DNA from: the human T2T-CHM13v2.0 reference genome, Homo sapiens
Assembly (NCBI RefSeq): GCF_009914755.1
Contig: NC_060925.1
Length of the DNA: 64,000 nt
Direction: 5' to 3' (one strand)
Part shown: positions 15,171-28,110 of the stretch, in pieces
Position numbering within the stretch: the first letter of the stretch is position 1
How the letters are laid out: each line of letters starts with the position of its first letter
Translations under genes and position numbers: made by a program
The notes under the pieces: model-generated
What the model was told of the DNA's origin: nothing
Seen by the model: the letters and a program-made list of their open reading frames with translations, nothing else
Database searches by the model: none

Positions 15171-17289
15171 TCCACTTGTTTACTATTTCTTTTGAGCAAG
15201 TTCCTTACTCTTACTGAGCAACATCTGAAAAGTGAGGATAATAACAACATGGACCTCTTGCGCAAGTAATTCAGGTAAAGCATTTAGCACAGCTCCCGGC
15301 ATGTGGGAGGCATTCAAAACAGATATTATTTCTGTTATTATCAAGCTAATGGGCCCCACAAGCAAAACTCAGCCTGCACCCCCAAATGCCCACCCCACTC
15401 TCTCCTCAGGAACAGGAGCATCTCAGAGACTGGGAGTGCAGATCCCCCTAATCTCCCCAAACTCATTCATACTAGACTTCACTGAGAGCTTCAGACAAGT
15501 GAGAAGATGAGACTTTGGGAACTGTCTCCCCATCCAAGTCTAGGCTTGGCAAATGTTCTTGTTTTCACTTATTGTGTCTGCCAGAGTCCACATGGAGCAT
15601 GCTGGTTGCATTGAGATCTGAGAGTCTTTAAGACCCAAGTCACCTGTGCTAACGACCCTCCCCAGAGACCCAGCTCCCACCACAGGGCAGCAGCTGTCCT
15701 AAAATAGAGTCACAAAGACAGCTGTCTCCGTCTAAAGCAATCCTTGCAAGCATTTCCAGACTGTTGGTTCCTGGGCCAGCCTATTTCCTGGCCCGTCAGC
15801 CCCCTGCAGCAGACATAGCATCCTTTTCTTGGCAAGGACTTGTTCCTGCCGTTTTCTGCTAGGAGAGAACTTGCAGAGCCTCTCTTTGGAGCCCAGGCTG
15901 ACTTGAATGGTGCCAAAGAGCAAGGTTCACCTCAGGAGCTCAGAGCCAATGTGCCAGCCCTCAGACATACAGATAGGCAAGGACAGTGTGGGCAGGGGAA
16001 GGAAGGGAAAGATATCCTGGCAAGGGGTTGATGTGTCTGTCTATATAACAGCATTCAACATTATTTAAGAAACATCATTAGCAAAATCCAAGTCCTCCCC
16101 ATCAGGAACAAAGAAGACTATCTCTCAAGTTGGGCAAGCCCTTTGGAGGGGCTCAGAAGGAAGGGAGGGGAGCGCATGTGGGACCTGGGCAGACATTCCA
16201 GCCTTGGAGGCTGAGCAGCAGAACCTCCCCGACTCCTTCTCCTTTTCCAGACCCTCTCATTCTGGCCCAGGTCCCCAGGACCTCCTCCACTCAGGGAGAC
16301 ATGGAGCCATGATCCAGGCTTGACAGGTATAGCCATTTAAAACTGGGAGGCTGGCCTGGCCCTGCCAGCTGTTGCAGCATCTGGACTGCTCACCGGTCTT
16401 GCCTGTGCAAGCTGGACAGCAGGCAGATCAGAGGGGGGTGAAACAACAGTGACAGCCTGACAGGGCCGACTGGTGCCGCAGATGGCTGGTCCCTCCGCCT
16501 CCGGGCCACAGCCTTCCTGGGCACTCCCCCACGTGACCGGAGCAGGGCAGGAGAAAGGCATCGCTGACAAGGGTGAGCACTTAGAATCTCAGAGCTGGCA
16601 GGACTGTGTCCATCTTTAATCCCTTCAGGTACCAGCGAGGCTCAGAGAGGGCAGGGCACCTAGCCAAGCACACACAGCCAGTCGGTTGTGGAGCCCAGAG
16701 TATGCTTCAGACACCCAGACCCCTAATCCAGGGAGCTTTTCATGACATCACACTGCTGGTTGCTTAAAAATGGGATTGGATCCAAACGTACTGATGCGTA
16801 AAAGTGTCCAAGATCAGTTACACAGTTAAAAGTCTTTGGCCAATCCTACTGTTTTATGTAATCACATTTGTGTGAAATAACCCTACTAACCCATGTAACT
16901 GTATACACGAAAATAATAAACCTGGGGGCATGTACTTAGATTTATTAAGAGTAGTGGTTGAGGGACTTTCACTATGTATTTTTAAATGTCCTCTAATATT
17001 TAGATATTTTGACAAAAAGCTCAAACTACTTTTGAACAAGGGAAACAATAAAGAGGAACATGGGGTGGACCGGGCAACAGAGACAGCCCCTCCCTGCCAC
17101 TTGCCCCACACAGCAAGCTGGGATTTCTGATTTGGATCTCTTCCTCGGATAGGGGATTTCTGGGGAAACCAGGAGTTTTGGCTCCATGGGTCTCCAGGGT
17201 TTGAGGAGTAAGAGCCACTTTCTTTTCCCTCTTCACCCCGCCCCTCTCCTGCCCCTTCAGCCCTGGGCAGGGGGACTAGAAGTGGGGCT

Positions 17290-17860
17290 GGGCAGGATCG
17301 GGAGGGCAGGCGGGCCAGACAGCGCCCCGCGGCCTGTCCATGAGCCGCCCATGCATTATGGAAGACGCGCGCTGGGCTCGCTCCCTGGTCCTTAAATGAC
17401 AGCAAATGAGGTAAAGCCAGGAGGGTGGGGACGGAAGGGGGGTGGGAGGGGGGCAGAAGGAAGCCATCTCCAGGGCCCCCGAGCGTTGGCTGAGGACCAG
17501 AGCCAGCCAGTGAGCGGAGCCTGGGAGAGGGAGGAGCACATCTTGATGCAGAGATGCTGCAGTGGCTCCGGGCGCGCTCACACACACGCGCCCTCACCCG
17601 CCACCGCCGCCGCGGCCGCCGCCGCACCCGGACAGCGAGCGGCTGAGGCCGCCAGGGCCCAAAGGACAGCGGCCCAGACAGGGGCTGGCGGCCCGGCCGG
17701 CCCCGGCTCACCGACTCGGGCAGCATCCACCTGCCCCAGCCAACACCCTTCTCTCGCCCCAGGTAGGTGCCAACCGCTTTTGTCTCCTCCAACCCAGGGA
17801 CTTCCCTGCGTGCTGTTATGGGCCGGGGCTCCCGGCTCAGTTCCTGTAAATATCCCCCTT
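17290..17860. promoter_or_regulatory. CNTN2: CpG island / CNTN2 promoter
   Basis: High GC and CpG density (gcgcgc, GCC runs) against CpG-poor flanks; G-run tract at 17420-17455; overlaps exon 1. Confidence 0.85.
17580..17762 (+). other. CNTN2: CNTN2 exon 1 (non-coding; start approximate)
   Basis: Strong donor CAG|GTAGGT at 17762/17763 inside the CpG island; no ATG in the exon. Confidence 0.8.
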
Positions 17861-19298
17861 GTAACTTGGGAGGGAACAGGGACAGGAACACTGGCAGGCT
17901 GGGGCCGTTCTGACTTCTCCCCTCAGCCCCAGGGTGGGTGCTGGGGCTCCCCTCCGCCCTGTCTACGTGGGCGGCATCCCGCAGGGCTCTCTCAGGCCGA
18001 GCCTGGCCGAAAAGCTGGACCCCAGGAGTGTGTCCAGGAATTCCAGTTGGCCAGCGGGCAGTGGCAGCTGCCTGTGGAGAGGGCAGTTTCTCCTGGGCCG
18101 GCCCTGGGCACCCGGTCCAGGACAGGACCAGTCCATACAGCCAGGCCCTGGGCCCTGGCCTGCCCCAGAAGTCCCTGCATGGAATTGAGCCGGAGTCCCC
18201 AGTTTTGAGGTCACCCAGGGTCTACCTCTGCAGGGTGACCTCTTTGCAAAGTCTTGCTTCAGCTGGATGGAGAGGGGGGCTGTGGAAGAGAGAGGGGAGA
18301 GTGGAGCACAAGTTTGGGCAAGGTCCTGTCCAGGAACTGGGACTCGGGGAGGAGAGTCCTGAGGCCAGTCACATCCCAAAGGGCGAGAGGCTGGGGCTAC
18401 CGGGCTGAAATTCCTTTCCTTCCCTTCCCCCTCCCAACCTTAGCTTCTCCTCAAATCCCTCCCCCCCATCCTCACTGGTGGGAGGGAAGAATTTGCACAA
18501 AGTTTGGCTTTCCAGTAAGGAAAGGGGCTGGGGCCAGAATGGTATGGGGAAGGGAAGGGGCAGAGCTGGGGAGTTCTGGAAAGAGAGGGCAATCCTTCTG
18601 CCCAGCACCGTGGGGCTTACATAATGGGCTGGAGGTGGGGGGCAGCCCCAGCCAGTGAGTGTCCAGAGCTGAATCCTGTCACCTTCTCCAAGAGGGTCTC
18701 TCAGGTCTGGGAAGCAGCGGGGCATGGAGAAGGCAGTGCCTATGGAAGGGGAGAATCCTGCTGCTACTTGGGGATGGAGACGGGCACCCTCTAGCCCCAG
18801 ACCCCTGGGGGTTGAGCCTGTGTCCTGGGGGGGGGGGTCCAGTGAGGCCAGGAGGGAGTGGGGTTGTGCATGCCATGGCCCCAGCCCTGGAGAAAGGTGG
18901 GTTTCAGCATCTTTTCCCTCTGCTCAGAAGGAGCTGGGAGGAGGAACAGCCCAAGAAACCCAGTGCACAGGTGATGTTCTGGTCTCGTCTGGGCAACAGT
19001 TTCGGCCTCCTCTCCCAACCGTCTGGCCAAAGACGCCTCAGCTCACTTAGCCTCCGAGTCTCTCTACCTCCTGGTCCCACTCAGAGGGGCCGGATGAGCC
19101 ACTGGAGATCGAGTGCAGCAAAAGGTGGGCCACCTGTGGGAGAGGCTGCTGTGATCGCACCTGGACAGGGAGATGGCCTGGAGGTCACAACAGGTGCCCT
19201 CACTCCTGGCCTTGGGAGAAGGGAGCTCTCCCCTTAAAGACAGCAGCATCCAAGCCCCTCCCCAGGGTGCCCACCAGTTAACCCCTTTCTAGCCAAGC

Positions 19299-19319
19299 TG
19301 CAGAACCATGGACAGGGCT
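19299..19319 (+). promoter_or_regulatory. Candidate RE1/NRSE (REST site) TGCAGAACCATGGACAGGGCT
   Basis: 17/21 match to TTCAGCACCATGGACAGCGCC with canonical spacing, in intron 1 of a neuronal gene. Confidence 0.6.
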
Positions 19320-22300
19320 TTTGCCACAAGGTCAGAGTCCTTCCTAATCTCCCGTGGAAGTCCTCAGCGAATAAGAGGGAGGCAGGAGGTGAGACAGACA
19401 GGAAAGGGCCCCTGACCTGATGATGTCAAAGTCACCCAAGGTCCACCTGCCTCACAGGTGCAGAGACCACTGTGCTCACACCATGAGCGGTGAGGGAAGC
19501 AGAGGCACACTCCTTATGCAGATGAGTGCCTCAGACTCCAGGAGTCTGCTCTCATTCCCGGCTCTTTCTCTCTTACTCTCCTCCCTTCCTCTACTCCTTC
19601 TTTCCTCGCACTCCCTTCTCTCATCGCGTGTACTCCACCGGCTTCAGCCCTCAGCCTCCCGCCGCCACCATTTCCCCTGCCAGATTTCACTCCTTATGCA
19701 ACTCCATTCCAGCACCTTCTCTGCCAGCAGTTGTTCAAATAGAGACACATGTGGGATGGGCCTCCGAGGAATTGTGCTCAACGGGGTGATTGCACATCTC
19801 GTCTCTGGCTGACCAAACTTACTCCTTAGGAGCATGTACATAGACAGGTGTACCCCAAGGCATCCTTTCTGCCTCTAAAGTCACCAGGGAAGCAACGCAT
19901 TTGGGGTGGTTTGGAGGATGCATGGTGCCCTCTTCAGAAACCTCCTTGAGCCAAACGTTGGTGAGAAAGCGTATTTCAAAGACAATCTCTAAGCCTGAGT
20001 GTGGGTGGTATTTGTATTTTTGGAGGGATTCCTAGGGCAGAACCAGGGGGTTGGAGAAGAGGTGATTGATATGCAGGGGAGGAAGAACCAGAGCAAAGAA
20101 TATGCCAGGGAAGCCAGAGGGACTTAAGTTAGACTGCAGGAGACACTTCCTGGCTAGAAGAGTGAGCCACGAGGAGGTGGGGCAGTCTCCTTTCAGATGA
20201 CTCTAAGGATGGTGTGGAGAACTGGGGTCTGGTCCAAGGTTAGAGAGTCCTGCCTAGAGGCAAAGGTTGGGCTGGCTGACCCTGTAAATTTCTTCCAACT
20301 TCTAGTAATCCTCTTTCAAATGGTAAAAGGTGGATGTGACTCAGGAATCCATAAGAAGGCAGACATCCTTTTCATCCCCTCATGCATGCTGGCCACCCCC
20401 TCATCCTTCAGGACTACAACCCCAATCTAAACAAACCACCCAGAGGCTGTTGCTAACCTGGAACATTTATGGGAGTTTCTGTGGGCTCCGTATCCTGACG
20501 GTAACCATCCTAGAGTAAGTCCTCTCTTAGTTTGATGATTCCTTGCTACAAGATTAGCCCATGTTTCTTTGTTTACCAAAGAGAATGCAAACAAAAGCAA
20601 GGAGTGTGATATTCTCATCCAAAACCTGAACACCTCCCATCCCAGGACACACTCAGGCCCAAACGCATCTCAGTGTCCTTTTTACCTAATGAGACATTCA
20701 GTTCACTACGTAGGTGGGGAAGTCAACCCCAGCCCCTCACACACACCCATCTAGTCAAACCTGCTGGGCTTCCTCCAGCCTAAGCCCACATCTTCTCAGT
20801 GCCTGCCACCCTGAACACCCTGACCAAGGGGTTCTCCCACCCTGTGCCTGGCTGGAGGGCAGCCTTCCTGCAGTGCTGCCCAAGAGGTGAAGTTAATCTG
20901 GACCCCAAATCCAAAGGAAACTAGCTTGAGAGGAGGAGTAGGTTGGACCTCACCCCTACCAGGCTTAAGCTCTGAGCCACCCTGGAGGAAGCTGTCTAGG
21001 AACTGGGGGGAGCCTCCTTGCAGCAGAGTTGGGGGACATGCAGAAATTGCTCTGCTAATGCACGAGGAAATTTTCTTCCTGATTTGCTTTTTCAGAAACA
21101 AGTTGAAACCATTGTTCTTACGCCTGGCATCTCAAAAAGGGATCCTTCTAAAGCCCTCATTCACTGCCTCACACCACACACAGAGCAGGGCAGGCAAGTA
21201 GGAAAACCTAAGGTCTGGGGGTGGCTGGCTTCTGATCCTGAGCTTCCCAGGAGGATGGAAGCCTCTCTTCTTCTGTCCACTCCCTACTTTAAAGGGTCTC
21301 TCTGTTAGAGTAGGTCTCTCTTGCAGGGGCAAAGACTCTAGGCTCAGATCAAGGGCCAGACTCCCCCCTGCCCAATGCTAGAAGATCAAACAAATCCATG
21401 AGCCTGGGAGCCACAGCTCTCCCCAGAGGGCACGTCAGCACCAGGGCTGGGCCTCGGGGAAGCAGCTGCAATCACAAAGAGCCTGCAGAGAGAGCTGAGC
21501 AGCTCACAGAGGGGACTAAGGAAGGACGGGGCTGCACGACACCCCTGGTCCCCATTGGGGCTGAGGAGGTCCCTATGTCCCCATTTCTGCCCTAAGGATG
21601 TCTCCAGCTCAGGGTACCACAGAGACCCCTCAGTCACAATCCTTCACCCCACCCCTGCCAGCTGCAGCCTGGCCTGGCCCGCTGAGATCCTAGCAGCCCT
21701 CACCCACGCCACCACAGAGCCCTGTACTGACCAGAGGGGCATGGGGATGGTTCAGACCTTCCTGGAGGATGATGGTGCTGTCCCAGGAGGCAATTCTTGT
21801 CTTAGGCAAAGGAAAAGGTACTGATCTTAGATCCCATCAGGCAGGAGGTGAGGGCTGTTGAGAAGGAGTACCTGCTTGGGAGTGCCTGTCCTGGCCGCGT
21901 GACCCCCTGAGCACATTGTACCAGGTATAACTCTGGCCTGGGGGCTGTGTCCTTGTGCCCTAGTCTGGGGTGCTGTGCTAGTGCTTACCTATGACCATTG
22001 CACCTTTGAGGCGTAAGAGGAGGGAGGCACCTGCCCAGGAGATTGTGGGTTTGTCAGTCTCCTAAATACATATGAGTGCCGCCTGGACGTTGTGACTGTA
22101 TAGAAGTAAGCCAGACAGGCACAGTGGCTGCGGACACACGGCTGTGAGATTTCTCAGTTCTAAGATCTGATCTTTCCTGAGCACTCACTATGAGCCTGTG
22201 ATGGTGCTGACCTCACAGCAGCCCCATGGGGCGGGTCCTGCCCTTCTCATCCCATTCTTGCAGATGGGAGAGTGAGGCTGGGAGAGGTTAAGTAACGACT

Positions 22301-23275
22301 GTGATAACCAGGTTATACTAGTTAGTTTTATTAGGGTTATACTAGCTAGACAGCAGCAGGCAGGTTGACTCAATGGCCTGCCCTGTTAACCAGTGTGCTG
22401 TTTTATAGGATAGAGGTCAAGCGGGGGCCTGAAGGGCTCCTCAAGTACTTTGTAGGCTGATAATAAATCACTTAGTCTCTGCCCACAGCTGGGCTCTGAA
22501 CTCCCCTTTGCTACCACCATCCATCGGAAGTTGCCAAATCTCTCATTGCTCTCCAATCTCCATTACTGGGGAGAAGGGGAGACAGATTCAGGGCCAGGAG
22601 CTGGGCATCCCAGTAGGGAGAACTCTGGGGTGGAGGGTGTACCTTTTATTTTTTGACTGGCTCCATGCGGGGGGCCTTATCCCAGAAAACCTTGTCGTGT
22701 GTTGGAGCCCCACTCATAGCCTTCTGTCCCCCAGCTGTCCCCCAGGCCCTTTGTTTCCTGGGACTGACAATTCAGCCAACTCCCCCTGGTGCCCCCGAAC
22801 CCCCCAGTGGTCCACTCCCCCATGTGCTGGTGCCTTGCAGGACCAGCCCCTGCTGATGACAGCCTGTGCTTGCCTGTGCCAGTCTGTGCCTGCACCCCTG
22901 CACCAGGGCAGCTGGCCTGGGCGAGGCTTGGCTGGCTCAGGGTTCGCAGGGCCAGCTCTGGGCCTGGCATAGCTCCACTCCAGCCTTGCTCCTGACAAAA
23001 AGGCCTCCTCCATCCTGGGCATTCTAGAACGCATAATAGGGCAGATGGTATGGGGAGATGACTGATCGGTGAACTCATGAGCGCATTCTAGGCTGCACTC
23101 GGGCGGTCGGGGAGCTCTGTAGAGGCAGTAATTTTATTACTGTCTCCCCTGTGCTTAGCACAATGCCTGGCACATGGTCAATAAACACTGTGATGGAAAT
23201 GGATGCAGGGCAAGACTGGACGCCAACTGCCTCACCTTTAGGGAGGCAAGGAGCTCCAGCCTTTAGCCCAGACTC

Positions 23276-23278
<3 letters not shown>

Positions 23279-23326
<48 letters not shown>
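23279..23326. repeat. (GT)24 microsatellite
   Basis: Direct reading. Confidence 0.98.
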
Positions 23327-23327
<1 letters not shown>

Positions 23328-23646
23328 CACCCAAGGCTGTGGCACACAATGGAGCTCAATATACATCTGATCAGGCTGATGGGTCTGTGGTGCTCCCCCA
23401 GGGCAACCCCAGGTGCTCCTGGATCCCAGCCCCTCCCCTGCAGTCTCCTCTAAGGCTGTATGTCTCGATCCCTGGAGGGTACCCAGGATCCCTGGGCCGG
23501 ATTATTCGTGATTACCCATGGTAATTACTTATGGTAATAGAGATAACAGATAATTCTGACTACTGGAGGTGGAGGCGAAGGATCTATGATGCAAACCTCC
23601 TGGTGGGTTTCAGGGAAACAAGGCAAGGGGCTGAGTCCTCACACCC

Positions 23647-23647
<1 letters not shown>

Positions 23648-23694
<47 letters not shown>

Positions 23695-23870
23695 TACACA
23701 CAAAGACCGGACATCATCATACACAGACACATAGACACATACATACATATACACATATATACATATACATATATGTATATCACACATATACACAGGGACA
23801 TATAGACACAACAGATACCCACAAGCATTACATCCACGCACACTGGGACACAGACGCACACACACACCCA
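23648..23870. repeat. (AC)21 microsatellite followed by degenerate CA/TA low-complexity sequence
   Basis: Direct reading. Confidence 0.95.
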
Positions 23871-24640
23871 GCTGTCACCAACACTGCTGTGGGAGCTAGG
23901 GACTCCGGGTAGGAATCTGCTCAGAGGCTATCCTGGAGTCTCCAGCCCCTGGTTGTCTGTCTCTGCCTTGCTCTGGCACATTCAGTACAAGTGCCTGGAG
24001 CCCAGGCTCCTCCCCAGGCCAGCACCCTGCCCCCAGTGAGCTCCCGGGCCTGACAGGCTGGCAAAGAGCAAGGAGCAAATGATGATTGAGCACCTTCTCT
24101 GTGCCAGGCATCAGGACGCAGCACACCAGTGCCAACGGGGTGATTTTCCAACTTTTTGGAGCCATGGAGCCCTTTGTTTAAAGGGAACTTCATAGGAAAG
24201 TCCTGCATATAAAGCAGATACAAGTGGAGCTGCTCTGGCTGGAGTGGAGAAGGAGTCTGGAGCCCCATGCTCTCTCCCTAGCCTCCCATGGTGGCCTTGA
24301 GACAGGTCCAAACAGCCCCAAGACTTCACAGCAGCTTGAAAACCACTGCAGGGCACTCTAGCACCTCATGGAACCCTCCAAAGAACTCTGTAAAGTGCAT
24401 GTTACAATCTCCACTTTGCACATGAGAAAACTGAGGCTTCACAAGGGGCATTAACCTATCCCAGCTCACGAAGCTGTTCAGAGATGAAGTCAATATTAAC
24501 AACTCCTGTTTATCAGGTTCAAACCCTGGAAGGTCCCGACACCTCTCTATTCTGAGGATAACTCCCTGCATTCGTATAGCATCCAGGGACATATGTCTGT
24601 GATTTCCCCTGACCAGATACGCTGCTGACCCTAGAGCTCT

Positions 24641-24642
<2 letters not shown>

Positions 24643-24676
<34 letters not shown>

Positions 24677-24690
24677 CAGAGAGAGAGAGA
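24643..24690. repeat. (GT)16-(GA)n compound microsatellite
   Basis: Direct reading. Confidence 0.95.
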
Positions 24691-24750
24691 GTTTGTCTTG
24701 GGGCTGCCCCCAGGAAGAACGGAAGACCTGTCAACCCTATCAAGTATATA

Positions 24751-25418
<668 letters not shown>

Positions 25419-27543
25419 CATGAGCCCCATCATGTGTGCCCACGCATGTGTTCACTGGCTCCTGGAGGCATATAATCACAGTTGTTCTTGACCAGTTAAA
25501 TGCAACATACAAGGAACAACTATGATGTGCCAGGTACTTTGCTAGGCATAGGTAATACCAAGATGAACACAACACAATCTCTCCCCTGGGCAGCTCAGAA
25601 CCTTCTAATGGAGATGGACACAGTTCTACAGGCAGGGTACCAAAGCTGTAGTCAAGAACAGAGTGAATTGAATTTTTTGCGTAGACAGGGGCATCTTAGG
25701 CCCTTCCCGGCAGGGATGAGACATGGACAGGGCCTTGCAGGAGAGACTGCCTTGCCTAGGAAGGGCATTACAGGAGAGTGAAGATGGATGTGCTGGGGGA
25801 ATGTCGGAGGGGTTGCAAGTGCAGAATGTCTTGAGTTCAAGTCGAACTGAGAGTGGCAAGGACAGGGAGGGGCAGGTATTTTGGGAGAAGTGGCACCTGG
25901 GCACCCTGCCTGTCAATCGGAAGTGGATATGAGGCTGCAGTCGGGGTGGAGGAGGGAGTGCCATCTGCTCCAACGCCCCCCACCCCCAGCAAAACACCCA
26001 GCTTCTCGGCTTCCTTGGCCATATCCTTCCTGACGGGCCCTGGGGACAACTCTCCCTTCTCTCCCCCCAGGCTCCTTTGGGTGCCAACTGTGGCTGTGAA
26101 AGAGGCAGGAAAAGGTTGTGGAGTGGTCAAATGTGGAGGGTTGAAAGGGTTTGGGAGCTCTCTTCCTGAGAAAATAGAGTGTGATGTGAGACAGGGCAGA
26201 TCCTGAGCTTGCACTGGCCTTCAGCCCCTGCACAGGCCTGAGAGGCAATCTTAGGTCCTCTGCAGCCTTCTTTCTCCACACGGGTCCCCATCCAGGGGAC
26301 AGCATTCCCAAGCCCTTGGCCACTCTGCATTCTGGGAGCATCACCAGAGCCAGAACACTGAGATCCAGAGATGGGACGGGTCTTGCAGGCAGTTGGTGAA
26401 AGGGCCCCCAGCCAGGCTCTCTCCCCAAGCCCTGACCCCCTCCCACTGCTCTTAAGTTTCCGCAAAGAGGGCAGGCAGAGCAGAGCAGCAGAATCTGCAG
26501 CCGGGCTCGCTGGCCCCTGTGGAGGCTCTGAGCCCAGTGACCCAGGTTCACTCTGATAACCAATAACTGGAAAGCAGGCCCCTGACATTCCACACTCCCC
26601 TCTGAACTAGGAAAGTCCTCCCAGGGACTGGGAGTGAACGGGGAGGCTGGCTCTGCCCCCGCCCTCACCTCCCAAGAGAAGGCCCCATCTCTGAGACTGA
26701 TGGGACAGGCATCTGACTTGCTCTCAGCAGCTACAGGGAACAGGTTCTTCTCCAGAGCTCAATGATTGAACCAAGCCTCAGCTCATCTCTGTGCAAGAGG
26801 GAGGCTCCTCTGGGAGATGCATTAACTCTTTCGACCCAGAAAGCCTGCTGGGCCCCTTCACCCATCTGGTTGGGGGCATTGCTAATGGGGCCAAGGTCAT
26901 GACTCCACTGGCAAGAGGGTGTGGACAAATCAGTGAGACCCCTCCTCACTGCTAGGAAAACAAGACTGGGAGACTTAAGGCAGCTCCCAGAGGGGCTTAC
27001 TAGCCCCCACCCAGACAGCTGAGGGGAAGGGGCAGGGGGAAAGTCAGCCCTGAGCCCACCTGCCAGAGGAAGATGTTACTGACTTCCAACCCATGCACAA
27101 GTCCTGTTCTCTTCCGGCCTCGCCTCAAGAGCTGACGGGCGAGACGGCAGGTGGGTTCTTACCTCCCAATTAATCACTGCTTTCACTTCCTAAGCGGCAC
27201 CCCACTGGCTGGAATGGGGGCAGGTGGGGGTACAGGGCTGAGCCAGACTCCCAGGGGACCAGTAGGAGGCACTCAGCCCCAGGAAGAGCTTCTTGGTAAT
27301 AGCCAAGCCCCTTCCTCTGGGGCCCTGGGGAGAATTAGTGCTTGGGCAATTCCGGCAGCTCCCCAGGCCGAGGTAAAAGCTTTACGGACCCAGATGTGCC
27401 TGGAGCTGGGAGGGGCGCTCCTCGGCTCAGAGCCCTCCTTTCTGTCTGCCTCCCCAGGTCCTTTCTCAGCCTCCAGCTGGGCTGTCCCCAAGCTGAGCTG
27501 AGGCTCTTCTCCTCCGATCCCCACCTCTGCCCGGACATCCACC

Positions 27544-27613
27544 ATGGGGACAGCCACCAGGAGGAAGCCACACCTGCTGCTGGTAGCTGCTGTGGCCCTT
27601 GTCTCCTCTTCAG
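27544..27613 (+). CDS. CNTN2: CNTN2 exon 2 coding part (exon starts 27458): signal peptide MGTATRRKPHLLLVAAVALVSSS
   Basis: Acceptor tccccag| at 27457, Kozak ccaccATGg, donor CAG|gtaaga. Confidence 0.97.
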
Positions 27614-27934
27614 GTAAGAGGGCTCATCTGGGCTTTGAAGCCTAGCAGGCATGATTATAGTGTTATATCCTTGCTATGATTTGGGTGACGATTACAGAAA
27701 TCATTGGCTCTGCATTGTGGGAGCAGCTAGATTTCTGAGGCCATTTCCTTGCTAAAATTTCCCATTTGTAGATCTTACCTTCCTTTGAGTTTAGGAGGAG
27801 AGGGAATATGTCTTTGCCATATTATAGATGAAGGAAGAATGACCCAGAGAGGGTGAGTGGCTTACCCTAGGTCACACAGCAAGATGATGGCACGCCAGAT
27901 CTCCACAATATCACCCGGAGTTGTAGCCTCAAAG

Positions 27935-28110
27935 GCTGCACTGTCCAATATGGAAGGTAATAGCCACATGGGACTACTACAACTCAGATTCAATTCCATT
28001 TTAAAAATAATTTCCTCAGGTGCACTAGCCACATTTCGAACGTTCAGTAGCCATATTGGATAGCACACAGCATAGAACATTTCCATCATTGCAGGACATT
28101 CTCCCAGACA
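27935..28110. mobile_element. MER3/MER33-like DNA transposon; a related fragment lies at about 32040-32212
   Basis: ctgtccaata...tagccacat...ttccatcattgcag. Confidence 0.65.

Noticed and set aside
16854-18408. Long ORFs on both strands over the promoter (345 aa on -, 270 aa on +)
   Set aside because: GC-rich CpG island depletes stop codons; low-complexity Pro/Ala/Arg/Gly products with no recognisable domain.
27181-27190. ETS-IRF composite motif (GGAAGTGAAA on -) upstream of exon 2
   Set aside because: A single 10-mer with no supporting context.
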